Positions 25,157-38,394 of a stretch of 64,000 nt of DNA are shown one piece after another (the stretch's first letter is position 1; each line of letters starts with the position of its first letter). The notes below the pieces were generated by a model. The model made no database searches. It was not told where the DNA came from and was given only the letters and a program-made list of their open reading frames with translations. The DNA comes from Octopus vulgaris. Its lineage: Eukaryota. The DNA is taken from assembly GCA_951406725.2 (NCBI GenBank), contig OX597814.1, forward strand, positions 93,806,001-93,870,000, read 5' to 3'. A program made the translations under genes and the position numbers.

Positions 25157-27238
25157 TTTAATTGAACGGGAGTGGGGTGAGAGGACTTGCTTAAAACGCC
25201 ATTTCAGATCAGGAAGACGAAGCAAGCTCCGAGTTGGGGGATTTTTCCCATATTTTTAACCACACCTTTCGAAATGATATGGGCAGGGAACATCTTTTTA
25301 TGAAAATAAAATAAAATATATTATCTCGTACAACCCTCCCCCTCATCATCCCACTCCTGACCGATTTTGGCCAATTTATTTTGCACTTGGAAACCATCGG
25401 TGGAGCCTTTTCCATAAGAATAATATTAAAAAGAATTTGGGAAGCGTGTGTGTTTGTGTGTTGTTGTTGTTTTCGGGGGATTTTGAAAGCTTTTTGGTGG
25501 GTACAGCTTGTTTATTTGTTGGTGTACTGTTGTGCCTACTTCTTAGTATTTTATGTGTGACTTCTGTCCACTCAATTCTGTTGGCCTCTCCGCACGACAT
25601 GACTAAGTGGTCAGAGTCGGGAAGGGGTAGTTCTAGCAGATCGAAATTTGCTGATGTTTTTGTTCCTCTGGCAAGAGCTGCGTTGATGGTGTTTTTGTGG
25701 GCGCTGCGCTGTGGTGGTGGTTGTGGTCAGCGCCTCTGTTGCTGTTGGCGTTGTTGTCTCTCTTGTAGTTGTGGTTGGTGGTGATTTGTTTGCTGTAGCC
25801 CTCTCTGCTTTCTATTCGTGGAGTTTCTTCTCTTGTTGGGGTTGCTTTTGTTGTTGGGGCTGCTTCAGTAGATGGGGTTGCTTCAGTTGCTGTGGTGTGG
25901 GTGGTGCTTGTATCAAGGGGATATTTCTCTCCTTGTGTTTTAGTTGTGGGCAGAAGGCTTTCAGGTGCTTAGTCTGCCCGAAATGTCAACATCTTTGCCT
26001 TCTGCCCCCAACTGTGACGTTCATTATAGTACCATCTGGAAGGCTGAGTTGGTCAGGAATTTGTTCCAAACGTCTTGGTTTATTTGGATCATTATTTACA
26101 ATCCTGTCCCAGCATGGCCGCGGCCTTCGGGATAAAACATTTTTAAGGCTTTTAAGGATTTAAGTCCAGTTGGTTTTTCTTTGTTTCTCGACTTGGGTGA
26201 TTCTGATTTTATCTAGCAAGTCGAGGGGGATGGCTGCGGCAATCCACAAACAGTCATTTCTGGTAGTATCTCCAGTATTTTTATCTTGGTGACGCGCCCT
26301 CCCAAGTTTGTTGAAACTAGGACAAATTCACTGTTTCTCATCCGAGCTGAGTGCTGCTTTGCTACGTATTCTATAGCAAATCTGACTTGAATTGTGCTTT
26401 ATTTCTTACACATCGACAGATATGTTACGTCTTTCCAAATGGGTTGCAAGCATTTTCAACTGCTTGCTTTGTGACAGTTTCTAAGCGTCTATTTTTTACA
26501 GGTATAGTTTTATACATTATAGTACGTTTGTTTGCATTGTCTATAATATCTGGAGGCGTGTTCATCAAAACACATCTTTCGCATTTTCTTTTTAACATGT
26601 TTCTGTAGACTTTGAGAGAATCTACAGAAACACTAATGAATTCATTACTAGGCTTTGCCATTGACGCAAATACTCGGCTGTTTAATGTATTGGGTTGTTA
26701 TTGTTGTTGTTGAGTGTTCAATGTGTTAGTGTCAGTGGTGATAGTGGGAGGGCTTGGATTCACAGGAGTAGCAACACTGGCAGCATTCATTAGCTGAATT
26801 TCCTTGCTCTTTTCCTCTTCTTTCTCGCGTTTCTTTTCTTTTTTATCCTTCTGTTGCTCAGCGTTGCACGTGCTAGCAAGACTTTGGTCGTCCCTCCCTC
26901 TGCCTTTTAAGGCGCGGAGAGGGGACGGAAGCAATTAATTTAAAAACTTTTTTGGCTGTTTTCGGAAAGCAGAGGAGGGAATTCAAAAAGAAAAGAACAG
27001 CTAACACTCTTCAAGGATATTTTGCAAATTTTGAAAAATGAAAACATGAAGAATTTAAATTGAAAATTCGTCCCAAAAGGGGTAAAGTCCCGCCTAACCC
27101 TTCGGCTAAATAATAGCCCAATCGGCCTGGCTACAAAAATGTAAAAAAGTTCAGAAACAACAATGTTATCTGTACAAATTGAACAAAAATTTACAGCTCA
27201 CGAACACATGTCCTTCTTCTTTTCCCTACGAAAATGAC
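25157..27238 (-). mobile_element. Second, older ORF1-only retroposon homologous to 15249-17563
   Basis: Broken frames NKRTIMYKT..QAVENA, RVTKIKI..LPE..WIAAAI, IPDQLSLPDGTIMNVTVGGRRQRC*HFGQTKHLKAFCP align in order with the first element; ends ATTAAA; no RT/EN; no TSD found. Confidence 0.72.
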
Positions 27239-27269
27239 GATCATCAAAATAAATGGCTGGACGTTATTC

Positions 27270-29663
27270 CTCATGTCATGCAATTAAAATCAAAAACGCA
27301 AAAATGGACACGTGAAGAATATATTTCAAAAAAGGTACATCAGAAATAGACATAGAACGCTTAAAAGGAAAAATACATCAGGAAAGAACACAGCAATGTC
27401 AAATAATATCATAAGCAGTGGGACTGTAAAATACGAAGACAGAAGAAACATGTCCAGAAACGAAGTAAACAACGAAAGACAAGAAACCCAGACCGTAGGA
27501 ATGTATAATAATGACCAACAAGCACCAAACCAGAACGCCACAGACAAAACATATGAACGGGAGGGAATACGAAGCAAATCTAAAACCTGGAGACAGTGAA
27601 GGTGAAACTAATGATTATGTACACTAAAAATTAGCTTTATCAAAGAATTGAAAGCTACAGATCTCAGTATGGACCACCGAGTGTACCTCCCAAAAATTAA
27701 AATTGATAATAAAACAACGTCAGTAATAAATAGCATGAACCTAACCGTCACAGAACTATTCGCCATAGAAACAAATGTCAATATGGCCAGGCTAAATGAT
27801 ATAATATATGCAGCAGCCCCGCTGGCCACAATCCCTAATACCCATCCAAACACGAGCATCCCCATCCCCCAAAAAACTGTGGATAAATAATATCCAGAAC
27901 ATAGTAGCATATATGAGAAAGGTTCTGTCAATTCTTAATGAAACTACTAGACAATCAACACTACTAAGCAACAAGAAGAGAAGAAAAATACTACATAAAT
28001 ACAAAATTACAGAACAAGGTATACTGAGGTAAGAGAACAGCTAAAGCAAGATATCCTCACCAAAGCATAAAGAATCCGCCGGTATGAGAAACGCTAACGT
28101 TTCTTTGAACAAAATAAACAGTTCAACTCCAACCTGAAAAGATTCTACCAAGCATTTGGCAAAAATATAATAGACATCAATGCAGCAAGAGTGGAAGAAT
28201 TTTGAGAATGAATATGGTTGGCGAAGAAACAACCTGTGCAAAGATCTATAAAAACAACGAACATAACACCTGGACAACTCTGGAGTCCTGTAACAACTGA
28301 AGAGGTTATTCAAGTACTGCAAAAACTAAGCAACTGGAAGGCAGCAGGGCACATCAATTTTCCCAACGTCTGCTTAAAATATCAAACAGGAACACATAAA
28401 AAGCTGGTTGAGAAATTTAATGAAATACTAGTAGAGCCAGAGACAATCACTGAAGGGAAAACTATCCTAATTCCCAAATCTACTGAAACGGCAAACCTAC
28501 AAAATTGCCTCTGCATTTTACAAAGCCTTTACTGCAAGAATAACACAGATAATGAGCAAACATCTGGAAGGAAACAACCTGTTTCCAGAAGAGCAAAAGG
28601 GAATCTGCAAGGGCTCATACGACTGTAAATATCAGCTACTGATCAATTAAGCCATAACTGAAGACAGCCGCAGAAGAAAGAAAGGATTAAGTATGGCCTG
28701 GATCGATTACAGAAAGGCTTTTGATAGTATTCCCCACGTATGGATCCTAGAAACACCAGCCATGAATAATAGCACCAATAATCAAAATATAGATGGATGA
28801 TCTAAAAGAGTACGGTACTAATAGTAAACAGTACATGGATTTACCAAATAAATAAACATGAAATTTGGCTTAGAAACATGTGCCAAAGCGACCTTGAAAG
28901 GGGAAAAAGGAATTGAGAGTGTCAACATCCCACTAAATAAAGCAAATGAAACAAGAGAATTAGACCAAATCCAGACGCAAATACTTAGGAATCAATGAAC
29001 TAGATACGATACAACACACACACAAATGAAAGAAGATTAGAAAAGATACTATAGAAGAGTAAGATTAATACTGAAAACAGAGAGCTGAATGCGACTAACA
29101 AGATAATAGGTAACAACACTTTAGCCGCCCCAATTATGAGTTACAGCTACAATATTCTTAACTGGACTCTAAATGAGCTAATCAAAATTGACAGGAAAAG
29201 AAGAAAAATAATGACAGGATTTAGGATGTACCACCCAAAATCTGACATTGAAAGGTAAGTACACAACGTATCCAAGGTGGTTGGAGCCTTATACAGCTAG
29301 AAAACTATTACAAAATAACCACTATAGGACTACAGAAATACATACTTTAGAAGCAAGGAAAACTAAATAGCCACAAACCACCAGCAAAATGGAAACCTCT
29401 TTTCAGCCTTTAAGGAAGCTGACAAATACAAAAAAGAAGTCATAGTACCTAACAACTATGAAGAAAAAGAAGAAACAACGAAATCCAAACTAAAATAAAA
29501 CTGGAACAGCAACAGATCATGATAAAACGATGGCAAGTAAAGCCCCTTCATGGCAAACTTTCGGTTAAAATAAAAAGAAATAGACAAAGCAAAATCGCAA
29601 CAATGTTTGAGAGGCTCAGGACTCAAAGCATAGACTGAAGGGCTTTTAATTGCAGCACAAGAT
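27270..29663 (+). mobile_element. Decayed, internally deleted R4/Dong-like LINE
   Basis: NWKAAG, EGKTILIPK, EEQKG, LSMAWIDYRKAFDSIPH, MKFGLE.CAK, TEGLLIAAQD; nucleotide similarity to 2230-3090. Confidence 0.88.
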
Positions 29664-29699
29664 GACGCTATAATAAATTTTCACTATTTATAAACTGGC

Positions 29700-31700
29700 A
29701 AAGACGTGTGAGGACAGAGAACATAAAAAAATTAGCTTTACCTCTAGGAAGAACATTAGATAAATGGAAAACCCAGAATTGGATAATCTAGTACCTAGTT
29801 TTTGGACTCTTCAAATACGTTTGTCATCGTAAATTTGATTAGACTTCTTCAGCTAGATTTACCTGGGCAATATTTCAAAGGTTGTTACATCAATACCAGT
29901 ATACTCACCTGAACACCTGGCCGTTAACAATAACGAGAACAGTGAAAATTGTTATAGAGGACAACAAACGTTAAAGCAAGGAAAACGTCTCAGGTCGTAT
30001 ACATTATTATTATTGGAAAAAATTCAAAACTTACAGCTGTTTTGGGGATATCCCAGAGTATGGGATATTCCATCATTGGAGTCAGATAGGGAAACTGAGA
30101 AGGGTATATATTAATGAAATGACGACATAAAGGACAAGAGTAAAGGAATGAGGAGATGAAAAAAGAGAAGAAAAAAGTAGCATAAGAGTTCAAATTTCCG
30201 ATCTTGTTGATGTAAGTCCGTAAATCCTTAGGTGCACTCCTGCGTAAATCCATGTAGGTTAAAGTCCTGATGGCGAGCTGGCAGAAGCGTTAGCACGCCG
30301 GGCGAAATACGTAGCCGTATTTCGTCTGCCGTTACGTTCTGAGTTCAAATTCCACCGAGGTCGACTTTGCCTTTCATCCTTTCGTAGTCGATTAAATAAG
30401 TACCAGTTATGCACTGGGGTCGATATAATCGACTTAATAACTATGTCTGTCCTTGTTTGTCCCCTCTGTGTTTCTTTATTACCCTCTTGTGGGTAATAAA
30501 GAAATAGGTATTGTAAGAATCCAGAAATAGTCGTGAACATATCAACAGAATAGTACAGAAGGTGGCTATTAGGCGGTAAAAAGAAAGAAAAGTAAATAGA
30601 AAGAGAAGTAGAGAGAGAGTGTGGCAGGAAGTTAAGGATTGTCGTTAAGGATAAAGTAAGCTATATAAAAACATAGTGTACAAAAATAGCCAAGATGATA
30701 AGAGAAGAGGAGGAGGATGTAAAAGAAGATAACATAAAAAAACAAAATAAGCAAAATAATGTGAAATGAAAGGAATTTAAAGAGAAATGTAGGTGACAGT
30801 AGTATTCTAGTCAACAGGGGTTAGGGAGGAAATCTAGTAGTAAATAATTATGTTTGTTCTGGCTAAGGTCAGTGGTTGTACAATTATTTTTAGCAATGTG
30901 GTTATGGGTATGTGGGTAGTGGTGAATGGAGAAGCTGGTTGAATGTTAAATTATTTAGGAGTAGGAGATAGAATTAAATATTTGGGAATTTATTAGGTTA
31001 AGATTTATAAACAAATTAAAGAATTAATATTTCGCTTATAAAGTGATGATGTAAGTGATGGAAGGGATATAGAAGGGTATGTATTAACGATCATGGAGGT
31101 TTCTATGTGGATGTTATTCGTGGGAGTGAATTTACATTGAGATTTATAGAAGAATTTAAAAGGAAGAAAGAATTTGTACTTACACTTTGTGAAGGCTTCG
31201 TTGTGTATATTAAGCAAATGCGGTGAATTATAGGTTAAAATTTTGAGTCCTTGCTTCTTTTAAGCAGAGTCCAAAAATGGAGTGCTGGCCCTTATATGGG
31301 ATACCAGAGTCTGTTATAGCCAAGGAAAGTCTATATTGTATTTTCCCAATATTTAGATGGTGTACGTGGCTGGCTAGTGCTGTGGAATTGCTATTCTCTT
31401 TATATTTAAACGAGTTTAAATGTGCATATCTTTGTTTAGAATTTATGGTAAATCCGATGTATAGGAATTATTTACTATGTTGTGAACGGTGCATTGGTAT
31501 ACGACGTTGAATCCTCTGCAATGAGCTTGCAGCGGGCAGTCTGTCCCGGATCTGCAGTTGCAGCTATCAAGTTCTACGATGGTTAATTGGAAAGATGATG
31601 TAGTGCTTGTAGTGGCAAGGGTAGTATTAAGTGAATCGTTCGGGATATCGTTGTTTTCACTGCTGTCATTTCTACCAGCAATATTCACACCAGCGTTACC
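29700..31700 (-). mobile_element. Decayed Penelope-like element (GIY-YIG, 3' region, terminal repeat) interrupted by a SINE
   Basis: CNCRSGTDCPLQAHCRGFNVVYQCTV..YIG (frameshifted)..STALASHV; hammerhead remnant at 29810-29858. Confidence 0.75.
30271..30512 (+). mobile_element. Monomeric Meta-core SINE (OK-like)
   Basis: ggcgagctggcagaagcgttagcacgccgggcg head, core and tail. Confidence 0.9.
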
Positions 31701-31783
31701 ATTATTATTATTATCGTCATTATCGTTATTGGTATCGCTATAGTGTTAACAACAGCAACAACAACAACAACAACAACAACAAC

Positions 31784-31828
<45 letters not shown>

Positions 31829-31845
31829 TATTATTATTATTATTA

Positions 31846-31917
31846 TTCTATGTTTGACTTTTGCTTTATGTCTGTACAAGTTGGCTCCAAGTCTCACCCA
31901 GAGACCTTAAGAGACAA

Positions 31918-31919
<2 letters not shown>
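31846..31919 (-). mobile_element. ~73 bp 3' stub of the 21165-21715 LINE subfamily inside (TAA)n
   Basis: Reverse complement matches ~21618-21692; (TTA)n on both sides. Confidence 0.85.
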
Positions 31920-31985
<66 letters not shown>

Positions 31986-32117
31986 GTAGTAGTAGTAGCA
32001 TTATTAGTAGTAATGTTAGTATTAACAGTGGTAGTGGAGGTGATATTAGTGATGTTATTATTGCAACTATTAGTAGTAGCACTTGATGTATGAGTATGAG
32101 TAGTAGTATTATATTCA

Positions 32118-32494
32118 TATTTCTTTATTGCCCACACGGGGCTACAAACAGAGGGACAGACAAGGACAGACAAACGGATAAAGTCGATTTTATCGACCCC
32201 AGTGCATAACTGGTACTTATTTAATCGACCCCGAAAGGACGAAAGGCAAAGTCGACCTCGGCGGAATTTGAACTCTGAACGTAGCAGCAGACGAAATACC
32301 TATTTCTATTTCTTTACTACCCACAAAGGGCTAAACACAGAGGGGACAAACAAGGAGAGACAAACGGATTAAGTCGATTACATCGACCCCAGTGTTTCAC
32401 TGGTATTTAATTTATCGACCCCGAAAGGATGAAAGGCCAAGTCGACCTCGGCGGAATTTGAACTCACAACGTAACGGCAGACGAAATACCGCTA
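32118..32494 (-). mobile_element. Dimeric Meta-core SINE (OK-like), 5'-truncated
   Basis: Two core+tail units. Confidence 0.87.
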
Positions 32495-32546
32495 GCACAT
32501 ACGTACGGTATCTAGTCATTTAGATCACCTGTGAACTTAACCCCCA

Positions 32547-32552
<6 letters not shown>

Positions 32553-32587
<35 letters not shown>

Positions 32588-32590
32588 TAA

Positions 32591-32623
<33 letters not shown>

Positions 32624-32633
32624 CAGATAGATT

Positions 32634-32693
<60 letters not shown>

Positions 32694-32700
32694 GATAGAT
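32553..32700. repeat. (TA)n + (GATA)n microsatellite
   Basis: Direct reading. Confidence 0.95.
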
Positions 32701-33092
32701 ATATTATATTAAATTAGAGATAAAACCACTATTAGGCAAATCAAACTGAAAATCATAAACCAATACATAGAAATAAAATTAATTAATAAATATAAAATTC
32801 CATTTAAAAAATTATTTAAATCAATAATTTAAACTAATCGTTAAGTTTCTAATTTGATAATAGAGTTTTTTATAAGAAAAATTATTATTTTATTTATTTC
32901 TTTAAAAATATTGTTTATATATTTCTGATTATTTATTCGAATTATTAATTGAATTTAAATTATTGTTATTCGAATTGGTTACGGGCATGAAACGATCGTA
33001 GTGGTTTTATTCTTTAATACTTTTAATACTTTTTGATAGTTATATAAAAAAAAATTAATTAAAAAAATAATAAATAAATAAATAAATAAAAT

Positions 33093-33179
<87 letters not shown>

Positions 33180-33867
33180 CGCAGGAGTGGCTGTGTGGTA
33201 AGTAGCTTGCTAACCAGCCACATGGTTGCGGGTTCAGTCCCACTGCGTGGCATCTTGGGCAAGTGTCTTCTGCTATAGCCCCGGGCCGACCAATGCCTTG
33301 TGAGTGGATTTTGTAGACGGAAACTGAAAGAAGCCTGTCGTATATATGTATATATATATATGTGTGTGTGTGTTTGTGTGTCTGTGTTTGTATCCCTAGC
33401 ATTGCTTGACAACCGATGCTGGTGTGTCTACGTCCCCGCCATTAGCGGTTCGGCAAAAGAGACCGATAGAATAAGTACTGGGTTTACAAAGAATAAGTTC
33501 CAGGGTCGATTTGATCGTCTAAAGGCGGTGCTCCAGCATGGCCGCAGTCAAATGACTGAAACAAGTAAAGAGTATATTTATTTAAAATTTATAAGTTAAA
33601 ATTATTAATTGAAATAATTTTTTAAAATTTAACTTTAATTTAAATATTTTAATTTGGAATTTTATATTTTATATTTTTTATATATTTTTTATTAATTAAT
33701 TTTATTTCTATGTATTGGTTTATGATTTTCACTGTTTGATTTGCCTAATAGTGGTTTTATCTCTAATTTAATATAATATATATATATATATTTATACTAT
33801 AAAATTAGATTTAATCCTAAATCTAATTTTTCCCTGTAAGTTTGGATTTACTCCCTAATATTATTAT

Positions 33868-33870
<3 letters not shown>
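32700..33870. repeat. AT-rich element with imperfect inverted arms (32700-32838 / 33591-33780) enclosing a SINE
   Basis: aaattagagataaaaccactattaggcaaatcaaac vs gtttgatttgcctaatagtggttttatctctaattt; same family recurs at ~53430-53700. Confidence 0.8.
33178..33573 (+). mobile_element. Full-length OR-like SINE
   Basis: tRNA-like head, cttgggcaagtg core, internal microsatellite, gactgaaacaagtaaagag tail. Confidence 0.93.
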
Positions 33871-33950
<80 letters not shown>

Positions 33951-34084
33951 TAGATATAGATATACACATATATGTATACATATTTATATACTCATATATA
34001 TACAAGTAGATTGATGCATGTATGCATGTATCACGTAAAAATGTATGTGTACAAACAAAGTCATATATGTATATATATATATAA

Positions 34085-34290
34085 GGTTAATCCAAACAAG
34101 AAAACAAAAAGACAACAACGCAAGGACGTGGAACAAATAAAGTATTATTGGACGCTCAGGAAAGAAGGGAAGAAGGAGTGTTTGACGTTTTGAGCGGAGC
34201 TCTTCGTCGGAAACATAGGAGAAGGAAAGATCCCGAGAAGGGAAGACAGAGGAAAAAAAATCGCTAGTGATACAGACGAGGTCACATACT
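34085..34290 (-). mobile_element. Penelope-type terminal repeat with mutated minimal hammerhead (34179-34215)
   Basis: TGTTT-CCGACGA-A-GAGC-tcc-GCTC-AAAA-CG-TC-AAACA. Confidence 0.65.
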
Positions 34291-34387
34291 AAAAGACGGA
34301 AGTGGTCAGAGTAGAAGAAAATGTTTTTAAAAAACAGGAGAGCTATATCAAAGACGGAATGGTAAAGAAGGTGTGCGAAGATGACAA

Positions 34388-35770
34388 GTGTGTGTGTGTG
34401 AGTGTGTGCGTGTGTGTGTGTATGGCGAACAACACAGTAGCAGGCTAGTAGTAGAATTAAGGAATGGTGTGTGGGTACACTAGCAGGTCAAAATGGCAGG
34501 TCAAAAACAGGGAGGTATGCGTGTGTGCGTGTATGTATATGTATCGTGTGTGTGTTTTGTTTGTAGTATGTGTGTGTACGTGTGCGTTTTTTGTGTGTAT
34601 GCATGGAGTTTCGGTGTGTGGGGAGTAACTGTGCTTAACTTAGTGTATGTGTGCGTGTGTGCTTGTATGTGCGTGTGTGCTTGTACGTGCGTGTGTGTGT
34701 ATATATATGTATGTATAATTGTGTGCGTGTATGTATGGTTGTGTGCCGTGTGTATGGGATGTATGTGTGGGTTCATTTGTGTGTGTGTGTGTGCGTATGT
34801 ATGTGCGTGTAGTTGTGTGTGCGTGTATGTGTGCGTTTGTAGTGTGTGTGTGTAAGTGTAAATGGATGTATATGCGTGTATCCGTGGGGTTGTGAATTTT
34901 CTTCGCGCGTGTGCGTATGTGTGCGCATGTTTTGGTGTGCGTATGTATGTGTGTGTCTGTGCTTATATGTGTGTACGTATGTGTATGTGTGCGTGCGCGT
35001 GTAGGTATATGTTGTGTGTATGTATATGAGTCGGTGTGTATGTGAATTAGTGTGTGTTTGTACGTGTGTATGTGTGTGTGCGTGTATTGTATATATATGT
35101 AAATGTGTGTGTGTGTACGTGCGTGGGAGTGAATGTATGTAGGTATGTGTGTGTATGTATGTGTGGTCGTGTATGTACGTATGTCTGTATGAGTGTATGT
35201 AAGTATGTGGGTGTGTGTATGTGTATGTGTATGTGTGTGTATGTATGTATGCATGTGTATGTATGTATTATGTGTGTGTCTATGTGTGTATGTATGTATG
35301 TGTGTATGTGTGTAAGTGTGTGTATGTGTATGTATGTATGCATGTGTGTGTATGTATGTATGTATGTATGTGTGCATGCGTGTATGTGTGTGTGTATGTA
35401 TGTGTGCATGCGTGTATGTGTGTGTGTATGTATGTATGTATGCATGCATGTGTTATGTATGTGTGTGTGTATGAATGTGTGTATGTATATGTGTATGTGC
35501 GTATGTGTGTGTGTATGTATGTGTGTGTATGTATGTGTGTGTGTGTATGTATGTGTGTATGTGTGTGTATATATGTATGTGTGTATGTATGTGTATATGT
35601 ATGTATGTGTGTGTGTATGTGTATGTTTGTGTGTGTATGTATGTATGTACGTATGAATTAATGTATGAATGTATGTATGTATGTGTGTGTACGTATGTGT
35701 GTGTGTGTACGTTCATATATATATATGCATACATACATACATACACACACGCACACATATGTATATATAG
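34388..35770. repeat. ~1.4 kb degenerate (TG)n/(TATG)n tract
   Basis: Direct reading; source of His/Thr and Cys/Val pseudo-ORFs. Confidence 0.95.
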
Positions 35771-36478
35771 GTGAGACCGTTGGTATATGAAAGCACGTGG
35801 TTGGATGTATAAAACACATAATAGAGTGAAAAAACTACAGAAGGCTTGTGTTATATTGTTAAAGAATATGTTTAAATAGTTTTGTAAGAAAAATGTTATA
35901 GAATTTTGTGTATAGTAACATTGTTTTGGAGAAACAACCAGCTCTGTATTTTCTTTTCAAATTTCGCATATTTCTTCACCAATATTGTCATCTCTTCACT
36001 ATGTTGTGAAATATGGCGTTCCAGACAGGGGAAGGTAATCAGTGATTTTTTCGATATAAGGGAGATAATCAAAAATGTTGTGAATGACTAGGTTTTATTA
36101 ATTGAACATGATTTGGTTTAGAGAGAAAAGTGGTTAGGTTTTGCTTTATATTTTTTCAATGAGTTAAGTTTCCTTATTCAAAAATGTTAATTTCGAAAAA
36201 TAAAACACATTTCGTTAATGGCGACCGTTACATTACGGTCAGCCTATGAACTTTTCAGCCCACCCTCGTATGTATATGTGTGTGTGTGTAAACAAAAAAA
36301 AATGAAATGAGAGAAAGCTATAAAATGTGATATAGGAGTTTATTTTATCTGGTGTTCTGGATACCATCATCTAAGTAAATGTGTCTGCAAACATTTCTCA
36401 TCATGTGCAATATGAACAAAATGTCGACTGTTCACTCAATTCAACCTCTTAACGATTTGAATAGAACAGCTCCACCTA

Positions 36479-37046
36479 AGCCGAGCAGTTATTCTGTGCC
36501 GAGGAAGTGAAATAAGCCAGAAAACACGGTGGTTCTCAGATACTGCTTTGTGCTAAGTGAGACTGCTGAACTCCCCTGTTCGAAAATACGAAGACACAGA
36601 TACTGCGTTGTATAGCCATCTGGCGACAGTGTTTCCTGTGACTAAACAACAGTAACATTAATTCCAACCAGGACTGCCGCATTATGTTGGCAAATAGCCT
36701 TCACCTCAATGTACTATTACTGAATGTCTCACGTTCAGTGATTTAGACATAATAATATTTCTATTCATTAGATCAGTGGCGGTGATTTTCGAACGGGAGT
36801 TTGGTAGCGCCACATTAGCCGAGTAGTTATTCTGTGCCTAGGAAGAGAAATAACTCAGAAACCGCGGCTGTCCATAAATATTGCTTTGTGCTGAGTGGGG
36901 ATACTGAACTCCCCTGTTCGAAAATATATGGACACACAGATATTGTGTCGTATAGGAGCTGGAGACAGTGTTTCCTGGGGCTAGACAACAATAACATTCG
37001 TCCCAACTGGGACTACTACATTATGTTGGCAAATGGCCTTTACTTC
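36479..37046. repeat. Diverged direct repeat pair (~230 bp units, ~338 bp period)
   Basis: 36479-36708 and 36817-37046 share gttattctgtgcc, ctgaactcccctgttcgaaaata, gacagtgtttcctg, cattatgttggcaaat. Confidence 0.88.
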
Positions 37047-37127
37047 ATATATATATATATATGCATACATACACAAGCGCGCGCGCGCACACACGCACAC
37101 ACACACACACACACATATGTATATATA

Positions 37128-37310
37128 TGGTGAGAATTTACAAAAAAAAAGAGGAAGACGGGTGTGTAAACAAAAAGCAGATGTATTAGTTTAACTCTCG
37201 GGAAGTGAAAAAGTCTTTTATGATTCGAACCTACGCTCTTCAACAGAAAGGAACACAGAAATAAACAGAGAGAGAAAATAAAACAAGGTTTAGTGGCTAG
37301 CGATCTACCT
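37128..37310 (-). mobile_element. Solo Penelope-type terminal repeat (family also at 49600-49785 and 58965-59255)
   Basis: Shared sequence and hammerhead-like motif 37215-37250. Confidence 0.75.
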
Positions 37311-37803
37311 TTGTATGTATACATATATATATAGAAATGTATGTATGCGTATATATGTGTGTGTGTATATATACAATGTTCTCAAAGATTAATACACACA
37401 TACTAACATACGCACACATACACATACACGCACATAGACACACACACACCTCCCACACGGACACATGTATATACACGTACACACACAGTGACACAAGAGA
37501 GGAACACACACGCACACACACATACGCATGTGCACACACACACATACATACGAACTCACACACATACACACACTCACACACACACAGTCTGCCCACACAA
37601 ACACATACAAACAGTTAATACCACACTCGCATACACATACACCCACAGATTACTCACACAAACCGATACAAACATCTAATACCACACACACACACACACA
37701 CCGCACATACACATACACACACTACCACGCACACACACACACACGCAGTTACTGCCCTCCACACGCGCTACCATACATCCTTGCAAATTCAACCTTATAA
37801 GAG

Positions 37804-37850
<47 letters not shown>

Positions 37851-37906
37851 GTATATATATATATATAAAATATATATATGTGTATATATATATATATATG
37901 TATATA

Positions 37907-37945
<39 letters not shown>
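37310..37945. repeat. (CA)n/(TA)n compound microsatellite
   Basis: Direct reading. Confidence 0.93.
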
Positions 37946-37959
<14 letters not shown>

Positions 37960-38337
37960 ATGCAAAACTGCATATACGTTGTGAGTAATATTTAGGCCAT
38001 GCAATATTTGGTTACCAACAACATGACAAAATAATATAACAAACAAGATGACGTACTAAAACGAAAATCCATTGCCTTTGTTCTTTAGATTTACAGCTTA
38101 ACTTAATAAACAAAGCTGAGAAATAGTTTGGTAGTTATGTGAATATTTACAGTGGCTGATAAAATTGCAATCAAATAGGTCTCACAAACATGCACACACA
38201 AATACACACGCACACACATAAAGAGTTAGTGAAAAAAGAGAGAGGAAATGTTGATCGATAGATAGATAACAAATATAGCAATATAGATATATCGTTATGT
38301 ATACACGCATGTATATGTGCTTCTGTATGAGTAGGTG

Positions 38338-38386
<49 letters not shown>

Positions 38387-38394
38387 CATATATA

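Noticed and set aside
34493-35774. His/Thr-rich and Cys/Val-rich ORFs up to 269 aa
   Set aside because: Stop-free frames of (TG)n/(TATG)n tracts
36479-37046. CRISPR array or LTR pair
   Set aside because: Only two long diverged units, eukaryotic context, no TG..CA ends or internal domain
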